Positions 12,703 to 25,050 of a stretch of 64,000 bases of DNA are shown here, in pieces (position 1 is the stretch's first letter; every line of letters starts with the position of its first letter). This DNA is from Squalus acanthias (taxonomy: Eukaryota): the NCBI GenBank assembly GCA_030390025.1, contig CM059432.1:23810001-23874000 (forward strand), given 5' to 3'. Both the position numbers and the translations under genes were made by a program. The notes under the pieces were generated by a model. It had not been told where the DNA came from, did not search any database, and was given only the letters and a program-made list of their open reading frames with translations.

Positions 12703-13212
12703 TCAATACACCGGCGCTCTGACCTCCTCCACATCCTCCACCTCCTCAGCCTCCTCCTCCTCCTCCTCATCTGAGGAGGGCTGGAACTGAGCCACTTGCT
12801 CATGAGGAAGCTGCAAGGCATGACGCTGTGCGATGTTGTGCAGTGCACAGCAGACCACGACCATTCTAGAGACCCTGTATGGTGTATAGTGCAGGGCTCC
12901 ACCTGATCGGTCAAGGCAACTGAAGCGCATCTTCAACAACCCAATGGTTTGCTCGATGATGGACCAGGTCGAAGTGTGGCTGGCATTGTAGCGCTCTTCA
13001 GCCTCGTTAGCTGGCCTCCTGATCGGCGTCATTAACCACTTCTTCAGGGGGTAGCCTTTGTCACCAAGGAGCCATCCGTTAGGTTGGTTTGGCGGATTGA
13101 AGAGCGGAGGAACACTAGATAGCCGCAGGATGAAAGAGTCATGGCAACTACCACAGAACTTGCCGCAAACATGCAAGAACTCCTTCTTGTGGTTACACAC
13201 CAGCTGTACGTT
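12703..13212 (-). pseudogene. Harbinger (HARBI1-like, DDE_Tnp_4) transposase C-terminal half
   Basis: [21 protein letters not shown]...R-equivalent.[16 protein letters not shown] and CCALHN, followed by an acidic tail. The N-terminal half is absent. Confidence 0.88.
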
Positions 13213-13523
13213 GAGGGAGTGGAAAGCGGGTTGGAGGCGGGTTCCGAACCCGCCCTCAATGATTCTGATTTTCCCGCCTCCAAACCCGCCTCCTCGGGCG
13301 TCAGAAAATCGCCCCCATTGTTTCAGGAGGCTGAAATGTGAAATGGAAATTTCAATCTGATTCAATAGCTGGTGCTTTTATGAGGTTTGGATTCCGGATC
13401 ATTGCTGGGTCAGAGTAGCAGTACTTTGAAACATCCTGAGAGATGCAATAAGACACTATATAAATGCAAGAAAAGGTGGAGAGAAAATTGGGATTAATGA
13501 AACTCATGTCTGTCTCTATGCAG

Positions 13524-13597
13524 GTAAGAAGATTCTCAGAGGCCTTCTTCTACATGGAGCACCAGAAACAGATGGCACTTACATTCCAGGAACACAT
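13524..13597 (+). CDS. FAM135B: FAM135B coding exon (VRRFSEAFFYMEHQKQMALTFQEH)
   Basis: tctctatgcag|GTAAGAAGATTC...GAACACAT|gtgagt. 74 bp, continues the previous exon in frame. VRRFSEAFFYMEHQK is recognised from FAM135B. Confidence 0.92.
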
Positions 13598-14099
13598 GTG
13601 AGTCTTCTCATTAATTGCCATTGCATTTGTCACAAACCCTACTTGTTAAATTAATGGTGTTTCATACTTCACAATTAAGTCATGCTTATGTGCAAGAAAA
13701 TGTGTTAGTGATGGCATGTGTTTATGCCATTTGTCCACACTATCAGCTACATTGTCATAAGCAGTTTACCAGACAGATCCTAGAGAAGACTAAAGGAAGC
13801 AACATCACTCGTCACTATTGTGTAATTCCCAGCAGCCACCTTAAGAGGAGCATTGGCAGAGGCTTGGGAGAATGGTTGTCAACCTTGAGCAGGAATGGTG
13901 CATGACCAAGGAGACACTTAATAAAGAGAGAAGGGGGAGAAAGATGCTGCCTGACTTTCCTTCATACTCTTATATTTCCAGTTGCTTTTTGAACCCATTT
14001 ATATTACTTGCGTCAATGGCTTTTCCAGTTCGTTTTTCCCATAACTCTACAAATCTACAACAGCAATTTGGAATTATATGGAACCTTCAACATAGAAAA

Positions 14100-14705
14100 A
14101 AGTAATGACACACAACATTTAACAGGGGCATGGTGAAAAACAGACCCGGAGCCAAAGCAAAAAAGATATAGAGATTTTCTTTTAGTGAGGACTTAAAAGA
14201 GGGGAGGGAATTAGAGAGCCAGAGAGTTGTAGAGAGGACATTGCAGGGAGTAGACAACTGAAGGTATGGCATTCAAAGACAGTGGGGGGAATTCTACAAG
14301 CGATTGGAGTCAGAGAAATGGAGAGTTTGAGAGGGGTTAAAAGACTGATTAAAACTCACAGAGATAGGAAGAGGTAAAACCAGGGAAGGCTTTACAGACA
14401 AGGATAAGAATTTTAAAATTCAGATGTTGGTGGATAGGGAGCCAATTTGGAGGGTGATGTGATTTGGTGCAGGTTAGGATACAAATAGCAAAGTTTTGTA
14501 TGAGCTTCAGTCTTCGAATATTTAGGTAGAAAAAGTTAATGCTCATCTAGGACTGCATGGTAGACAAGAAGCGTGGTAGTACAGAGAGTGGAGGGATCGA
14601 GAGGGTTGGTGGAAAGTCAGAGCTGGGTGTTATCAGCATGTATGTGGAAGCTAACCCGATGTCTGCAGATGATGTCACTAAAAGATAGTATGTAGGTGAA
14701 TAAGA
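14100..14705 (-). mobile_element. Degraded L2 LINE 3' fragment
   Basis: Minus-strand LKLIQN..C.LTCTKS...WLPIHQHLNFKILILV is homologous to the L2 at 21036-21764. Confidence 0.7.
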
Positions 14706-16394
14706 GAATTATCCTTTGTGTTAATCAGGTGCCATCTGAGTTCCTTTAACATGTCACTTGTATTTGACCCTTTTACTGTAATGAAAGATTTGCCTGGTTC
14801 AGCTTTTCGATTACCTTAATTTAAAAAAAATCAATCAGGTCACCTTGAAATCTTCTTTGGGGGAGGAGGAGGAAGAGAAATTGCAACATAGCCACTATGG
14901 ATGGTGAAATCATTCTATACTGTTAGTAAGATTTAACTCCATTGCAGTGCTGTTTTTGGTCAACCTATAATAAAGATGATATTTGAATTGATATAATTTC
15001 CATTGCATTTTGACAAATGGAAGAGAATGTTCTCTTTGATGAATTAGTCAGATGGGAAATTTCATTTTTCTTGGCCCAAGGGAAAATAATGCAACTTTAA
15101 ATTACATGAGATAACTAAAAAAAAAATTTATGTTATCATTAAATCTAGGTATTCCTAGAAATTATTGTGTTTCAGGCACTAAGAGCACTGGCATAGTATC
15201 TCATTGTCAGTGTCTCTGTTTTATCACAAAATAATTTTTTTTAGATATTGATATTAAACTTCAAATCCTTGAAGGGAAGGACCTTTCGATTTATTTTTAT
15301 TTGACAACTTCTTCGATCTCGTGGTTTGTGCCGAAATGACTGATATCCACTGGATGTTGCCTGAGATGCCATACTTAGCATCAGGATCCTTGGGCTAGGG
15401 AAACGAGATCAGCCAGGGTTCGTGTGCCTGATCATTATCCAGCGCATCCTGCTGGAAACTCTTTGTGCACATGGATGTCACGTGGGGACAGAACACTCAA
15501 TCAATAGTGGGTACTTGCGTGAGGTACCAGAGGAGCTGACAATTGATGCAACTGTGCCCAAGCATAAGCCAGTACCTTCAGTAGAGAAGACGAGAAATAT
15601 GAATGATTAACAATAAAGTCCTCGGCACTATTGTGTCTTTACAAGGTGGAAAATGTTACTTGCTTTTAAGAGACAACCAAGAAAAGTATCAAGACTGAAT
15701 GATTTTATCTAATGCGGACTCCAACAGTTCAGCTGGATTATCGAATGTGTTAAGTTAATAGCCCAACTGACTACGAATGAGAATGAAACATTGGTTGCTT
15801 TACTTTGAGGCAGGGATAAGCAAACCTTAAGACAAGAAAAGATTAACATAAATCCCTGGATCATGTTCTGGATGATTGTGGTTGCTGACTGTAAATGTGC
15901 CGACTTACCATTAGAGCTGTTTTGTATTACTGCTAGTCGATGAAATATTAGAACATAACACCCTGGTGTATATAGGCCAATAAAATGGCTGAAAGGAGAG
16001 GATGGATTGAAATCTTTGCCATTCGCCCTTGCCTCCTGATATTAATTGAGGGAGAACAAAAACCTGGGTGGGGATGCTTTAAATTGAAATTGCTACCCCC
16101 TCCCCCCCCCCCAACACACCCGCAAAAAAAAACCTAAAACCACAGTTGATTGTCCTACTCAAGCTTTTAGCTGTGAGAAAAGCAATTTGTTTCAACTGCA
16201 ATCTGTCTCTGGCCAGAAGAGTGCCGATGCCTGCAGTAAGTCCATTTTTAGGCAGCTCTCATTACATTGTGCATGGATTGACATCCTCAGTTAACAAGGT
16301 CAGTTGTGGCTGGCACTGATGTCCCTCTTAAGGACAGAGCCCCAGCCATCCCTGAGAGGAGAAATACTCTTTTAAAAAAAATGGTGTACAGCTA

Positions 16395-16960
16395 GAAAGA
16401 AAGAACTTGCATTTATAGAAACATAGAAGATAGGAGCAGGAGCAGGCCATTCAGCCCCTCGAGCCTGCTCCGCCATTCAATGAGATCATGGCTGATCATC
16501 CAAATTCAGTAATCTGTCCCTGCCTTATATAGCGCCTTTCACTACCTCTGTATGTCCCAAAGACCTATACAGCCAAAGAAGAATTTTATTTAGAGTGTAG
16601 TCACTGTTGTAATGCAGGGAAGCATGCCAACCAATTTGTGCACAGCAAGGTCCCACAAACAGCAATAAAATAAATGAGCAGGTAATGTGTTTTTAGTGAT
16701 GTTGTTTGAAGGATAAATATTGGCATGGGGATACCAGGAGAAATTCTCTGCTCTTCTTCGAATAGTGCCATGTGATCTTTTACGTCAACCTGATAGGACA
16801 GATGGGCCTTGGTTTAACGTCTCACACAAAAGACCACACCTCAGTGCAGCATTCCCTCAGTATTATGCTGAAGTGTCAGCCTGGATTATGTGCTCAAGTT
16901 CTGGAGTGGGGCTTGAACTCAGAGGTGAGAATGCTACGACTGTGCCAAGGCTGACAGCTA
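16395..16960 (-). mobile_element. Deu-domain SINE (SacSINE1-like), with a CR1 3' tail inserted at about 16416-16525
   Basis: Reverse-complement similarity to 48510-48935, including the gaaagaacttgcatttata tail. Confidence 0.75.
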
Positions 16961-17029
16961 AAGCCAGCCTTTAATGTGCTCATTCTCTGGTGGTATTTAA
17001 GCCACAAAAATCAGAAAGTGTGTTGATAA

Positions 17030-17235
17030 TTCATAGGAACAGGAGTAGGCCATTTAGCCCCTCGAGCCTGTTCTGCTTTTCAATGAGATCATGCCTGATC
17101 TGTAACCTAACTCCATATACCCGCCATTGCCTCAGATCCCTCAACACCTTTGGTGAACAGAAATTTATCAATCTCAGATTTTAAATGAACAGTTGACCCA
17201 GCATCAACTACCGTTTGCGGAAGTGAGTTCCAATC
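17030..17235 (-). mobile_element. CR1 3' end
   Basis: ggaacaggagtaggccatttagcccctcgagcctg is the CR1 3' terminal hairpin region. Confidence 0.75.
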
Positions 17236-17635
17236 TTCTACCACCCTTTGCGTTCCACTGACCTGTCCTCCCATTACTCTATTCTACCCCTTCAGCAGTG
17301 ATTTTATCACTAAGGCTAACTGCTGGAAAATCTTAGTATCTTTGTATCATTACCAATAGGTTAAAGAAATTAAAGAAGTATCATTGGTCAGAACCTTTGC
17401 AGGCTAAGGAGGGATTTTAAGCCTGAATTAAATTTGGGTGCTGACAGAAGTCAGGTTCATTTTCCAGTTTCGAGAAGAAGCTCAATATTGAGAAGTTGAG
17501 ACAAATGTGTATTATGTCTTTTGTGGGCACCCACCATCCAAGCTTTATGTCAACCAGCCCTATCCTGAGACCTGCTCATCCCTACTCAACACAAATGATA
17601 TTCAGTTAAGAGTTAAGAGTTTGTAAGAGCATTAA

Positions 17636-17863
<228 letters not shown>

Positions 17864-18694
17864 TAGATATGTATTATATAGACAGGTCATTTTTATTTAA
17901 TTATATAAGATTATAGCCTAGAAATTGCTGTTGGTGATTATTGCATTTCATGATTTTTGACTATTTTGTTATTAAGTTAAACTAAGCTCAACAGAGGTTA
18001 AGTCCATAGCATATGCTGTATGGCAATGCAGATTAGGATTTAGCCAAAAGAAATTATACCCTGCTGAAATGTCTATCCATGATTGCAGTTCTTGCCACAG
18101 CAGTTTGAGACAATGGCATTTGTGAACACATCCCAGTGCAGACACTGGGTGATTGTGCTGGTGTGGCTTCATTCATATGAGCCCAGCGAGGGACATGCTT
18201 CTGAGGAAGCTTGCGCCTAGCAGGATAGCAGCTGAACTAGCCAGTCCTGGGGCACAGAGAGCTGGGGGAGGATCATAGGTCCATCCTTTGGCTTCCAGTC
18301 TAGCTAAGAAAGGACACACACAAACAATTTACAAGGTCTGGTAAGGAAGGCAGACACAGGGAGTGGCGATTTTCTCTTTAATTCCAATTTAGTGCCAATC
18401 CATTTCAGAGAAATTACTGGTCACAAAAGTTGTATTTAGCCTGTTAACAGGGACAGTGTGGTATGCTTTGTTATTTTCTATGTTGCGAGGAATGCTACAA
18501 AATAAATTGAAATCACTGTAATCATTACTCTATGTGTTCACTATAGCGTTAATCAGTGTTCCTTTTGGAAGATAAGAGAAACGCACGTGAGGACACGTGT
18601 GAGATTACAGTATCTAGTACACATAACAAGGGGATATTCATCGCTATAACCACTCCCCTTCCCAATAGTCAATAGTTTAACAGAGGTGTTAAGC

Positions 18695-19975
18695 CTTTTG
18701 TTTAAAGGCAAATCATGTTTAACTAACTTGATTGAGATCTTTGATGAGGTAACAGAGAGGGTTGATAAGGGCAATGCGGTTGACGTAGTGTACATGGATT
18801 TCCAAAAGGCGTTCGACAAAGTGCCACATAATAGGCTTGCCAGCAAAGTTGAAGCCCATGGAATAAAAGGGACAGTGGCAGCATGGATATGGAATTGGCT
18901 AAGTGATAGGCAAGAGAGTAGTAGTGAACGGTTGTTTTTCAGACTGGAGGAAGGTATACAGTGGTGTTCCCCGGGGTCAGTTCTAGGACCACTGCTTTTC
19001 TTGATATATATTAATGACTTGGATGTGGGTGTACAGGGCACAATTTCAAAATTTGCAGATGACACAAAACTTGGAACCATATTGAACAGTGAGGAGGAGA
19101 GTGATGGACTTCAGGAAGACATAGACAGGCTGGTGAAATGGGCGAACACGTGGTAGATGAAATTTAATGCAGAAAAGTGTGAAGTGATACATTTCGGTAG
19201 AAAGAATGAGGAGAGGACATATAAACTAAATTGTACAATTCTGAAGTGGGTGCACAAACAGAGAGACCTGGGGGTATGTGTGCACAAATCGTTGAAGGTG
19301 GCAGGGCAGGTTGAGAAAACAGTTAAAAAGGCTTACAGGATCCTGGGCTTCATGAATAGAGGTATAGAGTACAAAAGTGTGGAAATTATGATGAACCTGT
19401 ATAAAACCCTGGTACGGCCCCAACTGGAATATTGTGTCCAATTCTGGGCACCACACTTTAGGAAGGACGTGAAGGCCTTAGAGAAGGTGCAGAAAAGATT
19501 TACGAGAATGATTTCAGGAATGAGGGACTTCAGTTACATTGATAGACTGGAGAAGTTGGGGTTGTTCTCCTTGTCGCAGAGAAGATTGAGAGGAGATTTG
19601 ATAGAGGTGTTCAAAATCATGAGGGGTCTGGACAGAGTAGATAGAGGGAAACTGTTCCCATTGACAGAAGGGTCAAGAACCAGAGGACACAGATTTAAGG
19701 TGATTGGCAAAAGAACCAAAGGCGATGTAAGAGAAAACTTTTTTACACAGCGAGTGGTTAAGCTCTGGAATGCACTGCCTGAAAGGGTGGTGGAGGCAGA
19801 TTCAACCACGGCTTTCAAAAGGGAGTTGGGTAAGTATCTGAAGGAAAGAAATTTGCAGGGCTACGGGGAAGGACGGGGGAGTGGGACTAGCTGAAGTGCT
19901 CTTACAGAGAGCCGGCACGGGCTCAACGGGCCGAATGGCCACCTTCCGTGCTGTAACCATTCTATGATTCTCTGA
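18695..19975 (+). mobile_element. CR1 LINE ORF2 (RT) 3' portion
   Basis: KSCLTNLIE, DFQKAFDKVPH, FADD and RPQLEYCVQFW motifs. Stop/frameshifts present. attctatgattct tail. Confidence 0.92.
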
Positions 19976-21064
19976 GTCTAAATGGGTTAGCGACTGTTAA
20001 AATAGTGAGCAGAGGAATGCCAAACAAATACATGAAGTATTTATTCACTAATGTGGCCAACAGCACTTCCTAGCCTTATAAATCTATTAAATTAATTGCA
20101 ATTTCTGGCAGCCGAAAAGTTCTGGTAGTGAAATGTCACACTCCCAGGAGGAGAGAGGCAAACCTGAGTTTGAATGCCAGTTTGTATGCCTTAACTAACC
20201 AAGTTGTAGCTACTGTCACTCAGTTTGTTAAAGGATTAATTTTAGTTATTCAGTTCCCTGAGTAGAAGGTTACGGATTCAAGTCACACACTAGGACTTAA
20301 ACACGTGGTCAAGGCACACACCAGTGTAGTACAAGGACACGTGCCCAAGTCCTACTGATGCAGGATGTTGATGTTTCAATATACTATGCTACTACACCTC
20401 AAACACATTCAATTTTAATCCCTCCAAGCTATGAGCTGGCAAGATGTCAATACTGCTCTCATTTATAATTCTACATTAACTATTAAAGAAGAGGAGTTAT
20501 GGGGGACTGGGTAAAGCCGTAGGTTACCATACTCTTTTCTTTTTACTTGTTGGTTTCTGTTTTATATTCAGCCCCTTCTGATGCAGTAAATGGCGCCTCT
20601 GTCTTTCAACTGTAAGACTTCTACATGAATGCATTTGAGCAGTGTTACAAATTTGGGTCTGCCATAGATACCTTCTCGGGTACTGTGGTGCAGTCGCTTA
20701 CTCGCGTCCATAAGTAGTCCGGGCATCTTATTTTTGTGTAAGTTGACTCACACTGTCATAAATCCGTTTGTATGACCCAGGGTGTAGTAACACCTGCTTA
20801 TGACCTGAACCAGATATTTGTGTCTTTCATACTTCTTCAATCTCTATGAGGGATGACCAAACAAACACTTGGTGAGATAGGGCCAGATGTGCTTAATTTC
20901 ACAGTAAGGTGAAGATGCAGACCTAGGCTCACTTAATTCAGTCTATAGAACTAATCTTTGAGTGATAATATAACATAAGGAACGTGCCACGGTAGCACAC
21001 ATCAATAGGGCATCTTACTTAAATAAGATGGCTTCTTGCTATTCTTCAGCATTTCTAACCTCTT

Positions 21065-22015
21065 CACCATCCGAAAACACAGCGTCAGTTTCCACATGTA
21101 CGCTGACGACACCCAGCTCTACCTCACTACCTCTTCTCTCGACCCCTCCACGGTCTCTAAATTGTCAGACTGCTTGCCCGACATACAGTTCTGGATGAGC
21201 AGAAATTTTCTCCAGTTATCTATTGGGAAGACCGAAGCCATTGTTTTTGGTCCCCGCCACAAACTCTGTTCCCAAGCCACTGACTCCATCCCTCTCCCTA
21301 ACATCTGTCTGAGGCTGAACCACACTGTTCGCAACCTTGGTGTCATATTTGACCCTGAAATGAGCTTCCGAACACATATCCGCAGCAAAACAAAGACCGG
21401 CTACTTCCACCTCCGTAACATCGCCCGTCTCCGCCCTTGCCTCAGCTCATCTGCTTCTGAAACCCGCATCCATGCCTTTGTTACCTCTAGACTTGACTAT
21501 TCCAATGCACTCCTGGCTGGCCTCCCATATTCCACCGTACGTAAACTTGAGGTCATCCAAAACTCGGCTGCCCCTGTCCTAACTCGCACCAAGTCCCGTT
21601 CGCCCATCACCCCTGTGCTCGCTGACCTACATTGGCTCCCGGTTAAGCAGCGCCTCGATTTCAAAATTCTCATCCTTGTTTTCAAATCCCTCCTGACCTC
21701 GCCCCTCCCTATCTCTGTAATCTCCTTCAGCCCCACAACCCCCCTGAGATATCTGCGCTCTTGAGCATCCCTGATTATAATCGCTCAACTATTGGTGGCC
21801 GTGCCTTCTGTTGCCTAGGCCCTAAGCTCTGGAATTCCCTGCCTAAACCTCTCCGCATCGCTACCTCTCTTTCCTCCTTTAAGACCAACCTCTTTGACCA
21901 AGCTTTTGGTCACCTGCCCTAATTTATCCTTATGTGGCTCGGTGTCAAATTTTTTGACTTAAAATACTCCTGTGCAGCGCCGTGGGACGTTTTACTACGT
22001 TAAAGTTGTTGTTGG
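21065..22015 (+). mobile_element. L2 LINE 3' portion
   Basis: FHMYADDTQLY, KTEAIVFG, HAFVTSRLDYSNALL and LHWLPVKQR.DFKIL. Tail ending gttgttgttg. Confidence 0.88.
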
Positions 22016-22499
22016 CAAAAGCCCTCACAGCTTTTCCGTTAACAACCCTGACTGCCTTTGCAGCCCTTCTGTTCCAAGTAGATGCCTGGCAGGCTGTTTT
22101 CCAGTCTCTTTCTTCTATCTCTTTGTTCACAGCCACTAGAAAGGATCAAAGGTTTTGCAATACAATGGGTGTAAGGTGTTTGCCGAGGTAGGCTAATGAA
22201 TTGGTTATTTACAATCCACGAGGTAACAGAATCACAGCTAGCTCATTAGCATCTTAACTACCTTTTGCCTCAGCCTCTTTTTAATTTATCTGGAAACACC
22301 TTGCTTTAAAAAAGCAGCATTAAGCGTAACTAATTTTTCCAGATTCTCTCTGTGGAAAATGATCCAAAAAAAAAAATTCCTCAACCATGACGAGCAGTCT
22401 CAAGCCCGCAGCAGAAAAGTAGCTATTAATTTGGGACTAAGTTAGAATCTCACTCGAAGTGGCTACAGCCTGGCTGGTGTGAGGAATGGAAACATGGCT

Positions 22500-23260
22500 T
22501 CCTTCTTCGGAACTGAGGATGACTTGCTTCCACACCAAAAATGAGTTCTCCGGTGACTGCTGAGTCCAATGCGGGACCTACAGTCTCTGCCACAGGTGGG
22601 GCAGACGGTGGTTGAAGGGGCGGGTGGGTGGGGTGCTTGGGTTGACGTGCGCTCCTTCCGCTGTTTGCGCTTGGCTTCCGCTTGCTCCCGGCGAAGAGAC
22701 TCGAGGTGCTCGGCGCCTTCATAGAAACATAGAATCTAGGAGCAGGAGTAGGCCATTCGGCCCGTCGAGCCTGCTCCACCATTCAATACGATCATGGCTG
22801 ATCATCCAAATCCAGTACCCTGTCCCTGCTTTAATCCCCACAGTACACATATCCCACCCTACCCCTGTAACCCCACGTATTTAATTCCCCCTAACATATC
22901 CCATCCTATCCCCATAGGCCCACATATTTAATCCCCCCCTAACATTAAGGGTCAATTTATCATAGCCAAATCAACCTAACCCACACATTTTTGGACTGTG
23001 GGAGGAAACCGGAGCACCCGGAGGAAACCCACGCAGACACGGGGGAGAATGTGCAAACTCCACACAGACAGTCACCCGAGGTCAGATTCGAACCCGGGTC
23101 CCTGGTGCTGTGAGGCACCAGTGCTAACCACTATGCCACCGTGTTGCCCTTCCCGGATGCTTCTCCTCCACTTTTTGCGGCCTTGGGCCAGGGATTCCCA
23201 GGTGTCGGTGGGGATGTTGCACTTTTTCAAGAAGGCTTTGAGGGTGTCCCTGAAACATGT
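22500..23260 (-). mobile_element. RTE-clade LINE 3' end, split by a V-SINE
   Basis: FRDTLKAFLKKCNIPTDTWESLAQGRKKWRRSIREG on one side of the SINE and CPTCGRDCRSRIGLSSHRRTH on the other. Confidence 0.75.
22721..23149 (-). mobile_element. tRNA-derived V-SINE (HE1-like) with CR1-derived tail
   Basis: Minus strand reads a tRNA-like head (GGTGGCATAGTGG, GGTTCGAATC), the V-domain tgtgtggagtttgcacattctcccc..gtgggtttcctccgggtgctccggtttcctcccaca, and a CR1 tail ttctatgtttctat. Confidence 0.85.
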
Positions 23261-25050
23261 CACCGTAGTAAGGGCAGTGTTTTGAGGCTGGAGGTTGAGG
23301 CACATTGTTAGGCCAAAGTGGAGGGAGCCTTTCTCCCACACCTAAGCAGATCATACCTGATCTAGGTGTAATGATGTTGACTGGAGGGGCTCATTTTAAC
23401 CTAATCTATCAGATCGGCTTTACTTTGCACTGACCGCCTGGGTGTTAGAAATGGGAGCATCCCTCAGCACTAAACCTCTCACATTGATGAGCAGAGAATC
23501 TATTGGAAGTATAAAGAGTCAAAAAAATGGTCGGGAAGAGGAGAGAAGATATGTACATATTATATTAAAGTTACAAGCTTACAGCTCAGCTGATAAATGT
23601 ACTCCAGAGGGGCTAATGTTAGTTTGATTGATGCACACTTCTCTGCTATGGCACAAGCATGTACTTGAGAGCATAAACCTATTTTTATGTGATAAATAAA
23701 TGATAACTGGAACATTTTTAAACAAGGTCTTTGTTCAGTGTTGTTTATTTTGAGTGTGTTTAAAAGGGGGTCAAAATTGAGGTGAAGTGATGCTCAAATC
23801 AAACATAAACTTGTATTGCCCTATACAGCCATCTAGTGGTGCTGGAACAGATTAATACTGTTGGTGCTTAGATATAAATTTCAAAGAAATTGTGATCCAC
23901 AGAAGATCACAGCACAGAAGGAGGCCATTTAGCCCATCGTGTCTGCCGCGCTCTTTGCTAGAACAATCCCAAATTAATCTCACTGCCCTGCTCTCTCTTC
24001 ATCGCCCTGTATCTTCATCTGATTGAAATATTTTTCAACTCTTCCTTAAAAAGAAGCTGGGGTGTCTGCCTCAATTACTCGCTGTGGCAAAGCATTTTGT
24101 CCTCCAGCAACTAAATCACCTTATGGAATACTAGCATACAAAAGCTTACCACGCTTTTCCCCTTTACCTCCTCGGTGGAAAGAAGAATTTCAGATAAAAG
24201 TGCTAAGTATATGCTTGTATTCCTCAGCATAATTTCAGGGCCTAATTGATCTTATTCACAGGTATACTTTCTTCTCTTTGCTGTTTTTAGACTTGAGTAT
24301 AAAGTGATGCCTTCCATTTTTTTTTTGTTGCTCCAGTTAGCGACCAGAGGAAAATACTTATCAGGATGCTGATTCTTTTCAGCGCCATTGAAAATAAAAG
24401 TTGTTCTGGCAAACTTTTTTTTGTGGTGGATGCATTGCAAACATCATAGGGAGCGGAACAGTTTTTTTTTTGTCGTTCAAATGTTATGGTGAAACTTTGC
24501 GCTCACCAGTTTGAAGGATTTCCGTGCTGAGGCAATGGAACTATTTTACGTGCTTTATTTGCATCCAAGATCAAAATTGAGCGCGGTCAGATGAGGTGAA
24601 GCAAGGCAAAAACAATTTCCCCCAACAAGCTCTTCACTTTTTGATCAATCAACCCAATAGACCCATCTTCCCACTATAACACTAAATCGTGCTCTCCTGA
24701 AATGCATCCAGTTGCTTCTTGAACCCACATATTATTCCTGCTTTCAAAACGTACTTCCCTTCTTAATCCTAACATCCTAATTTTGAACTTGCAAAATGTA
24801 ACTTTTAAGATGCTGAGTAAACTTCCCTCAACTGTGTGCTTTAACCCAACCTCTTGGTGCGCCAGTGTGACACTTTTACTTCAGCACATCACAGTGGGCA
24901 TTATAGTTGCCTCTTTCAGAATTCTAATTGGAAAATCATTGGTTTGCGCTGTGCTCACACACTTGGGAACCAGCTTGAGAAGGTCGAGTATTCTGTTGAC
25001 ATGTAGTCATACTGTGCTTCATTATGATTTATTTACTTTTCCCTTCACAG

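Larger units (their letters stand above)
11235..13316. mobile_element. PIF/Harbinger element carrying convergent Myb/SANT and transposase remnants
   Basis: Perfect 14-bp TIR GGGGGCGATTTTCT / AGAAAATCGCCCCC, with TSD ATT on both sides. Confidence 0.88.

Noticed and set aside
12703..13365. Host HARBI1 gene
   Set aside because: Only the C-terminal half is present, it is enclosed by TIRs and a TSD, and the ORF's N-terminus is translated TIR and flank.
23075..23149. tRNA gene (also considered at 48510-48580)
   Set aside because: The A and B boxes are SINE heads continuing into SINE bodies. There is no complete cloverleaf.
24783..25050. N-terminal 89 aa of the 789-aa ORF as real coding sequence
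   Set aside because: The ORF starts at a TTG in intron sequence. A good acceptor at 25050 is in the right phase for the upstream exon, so the ORF is an internal exon rather than a single-exon gene.
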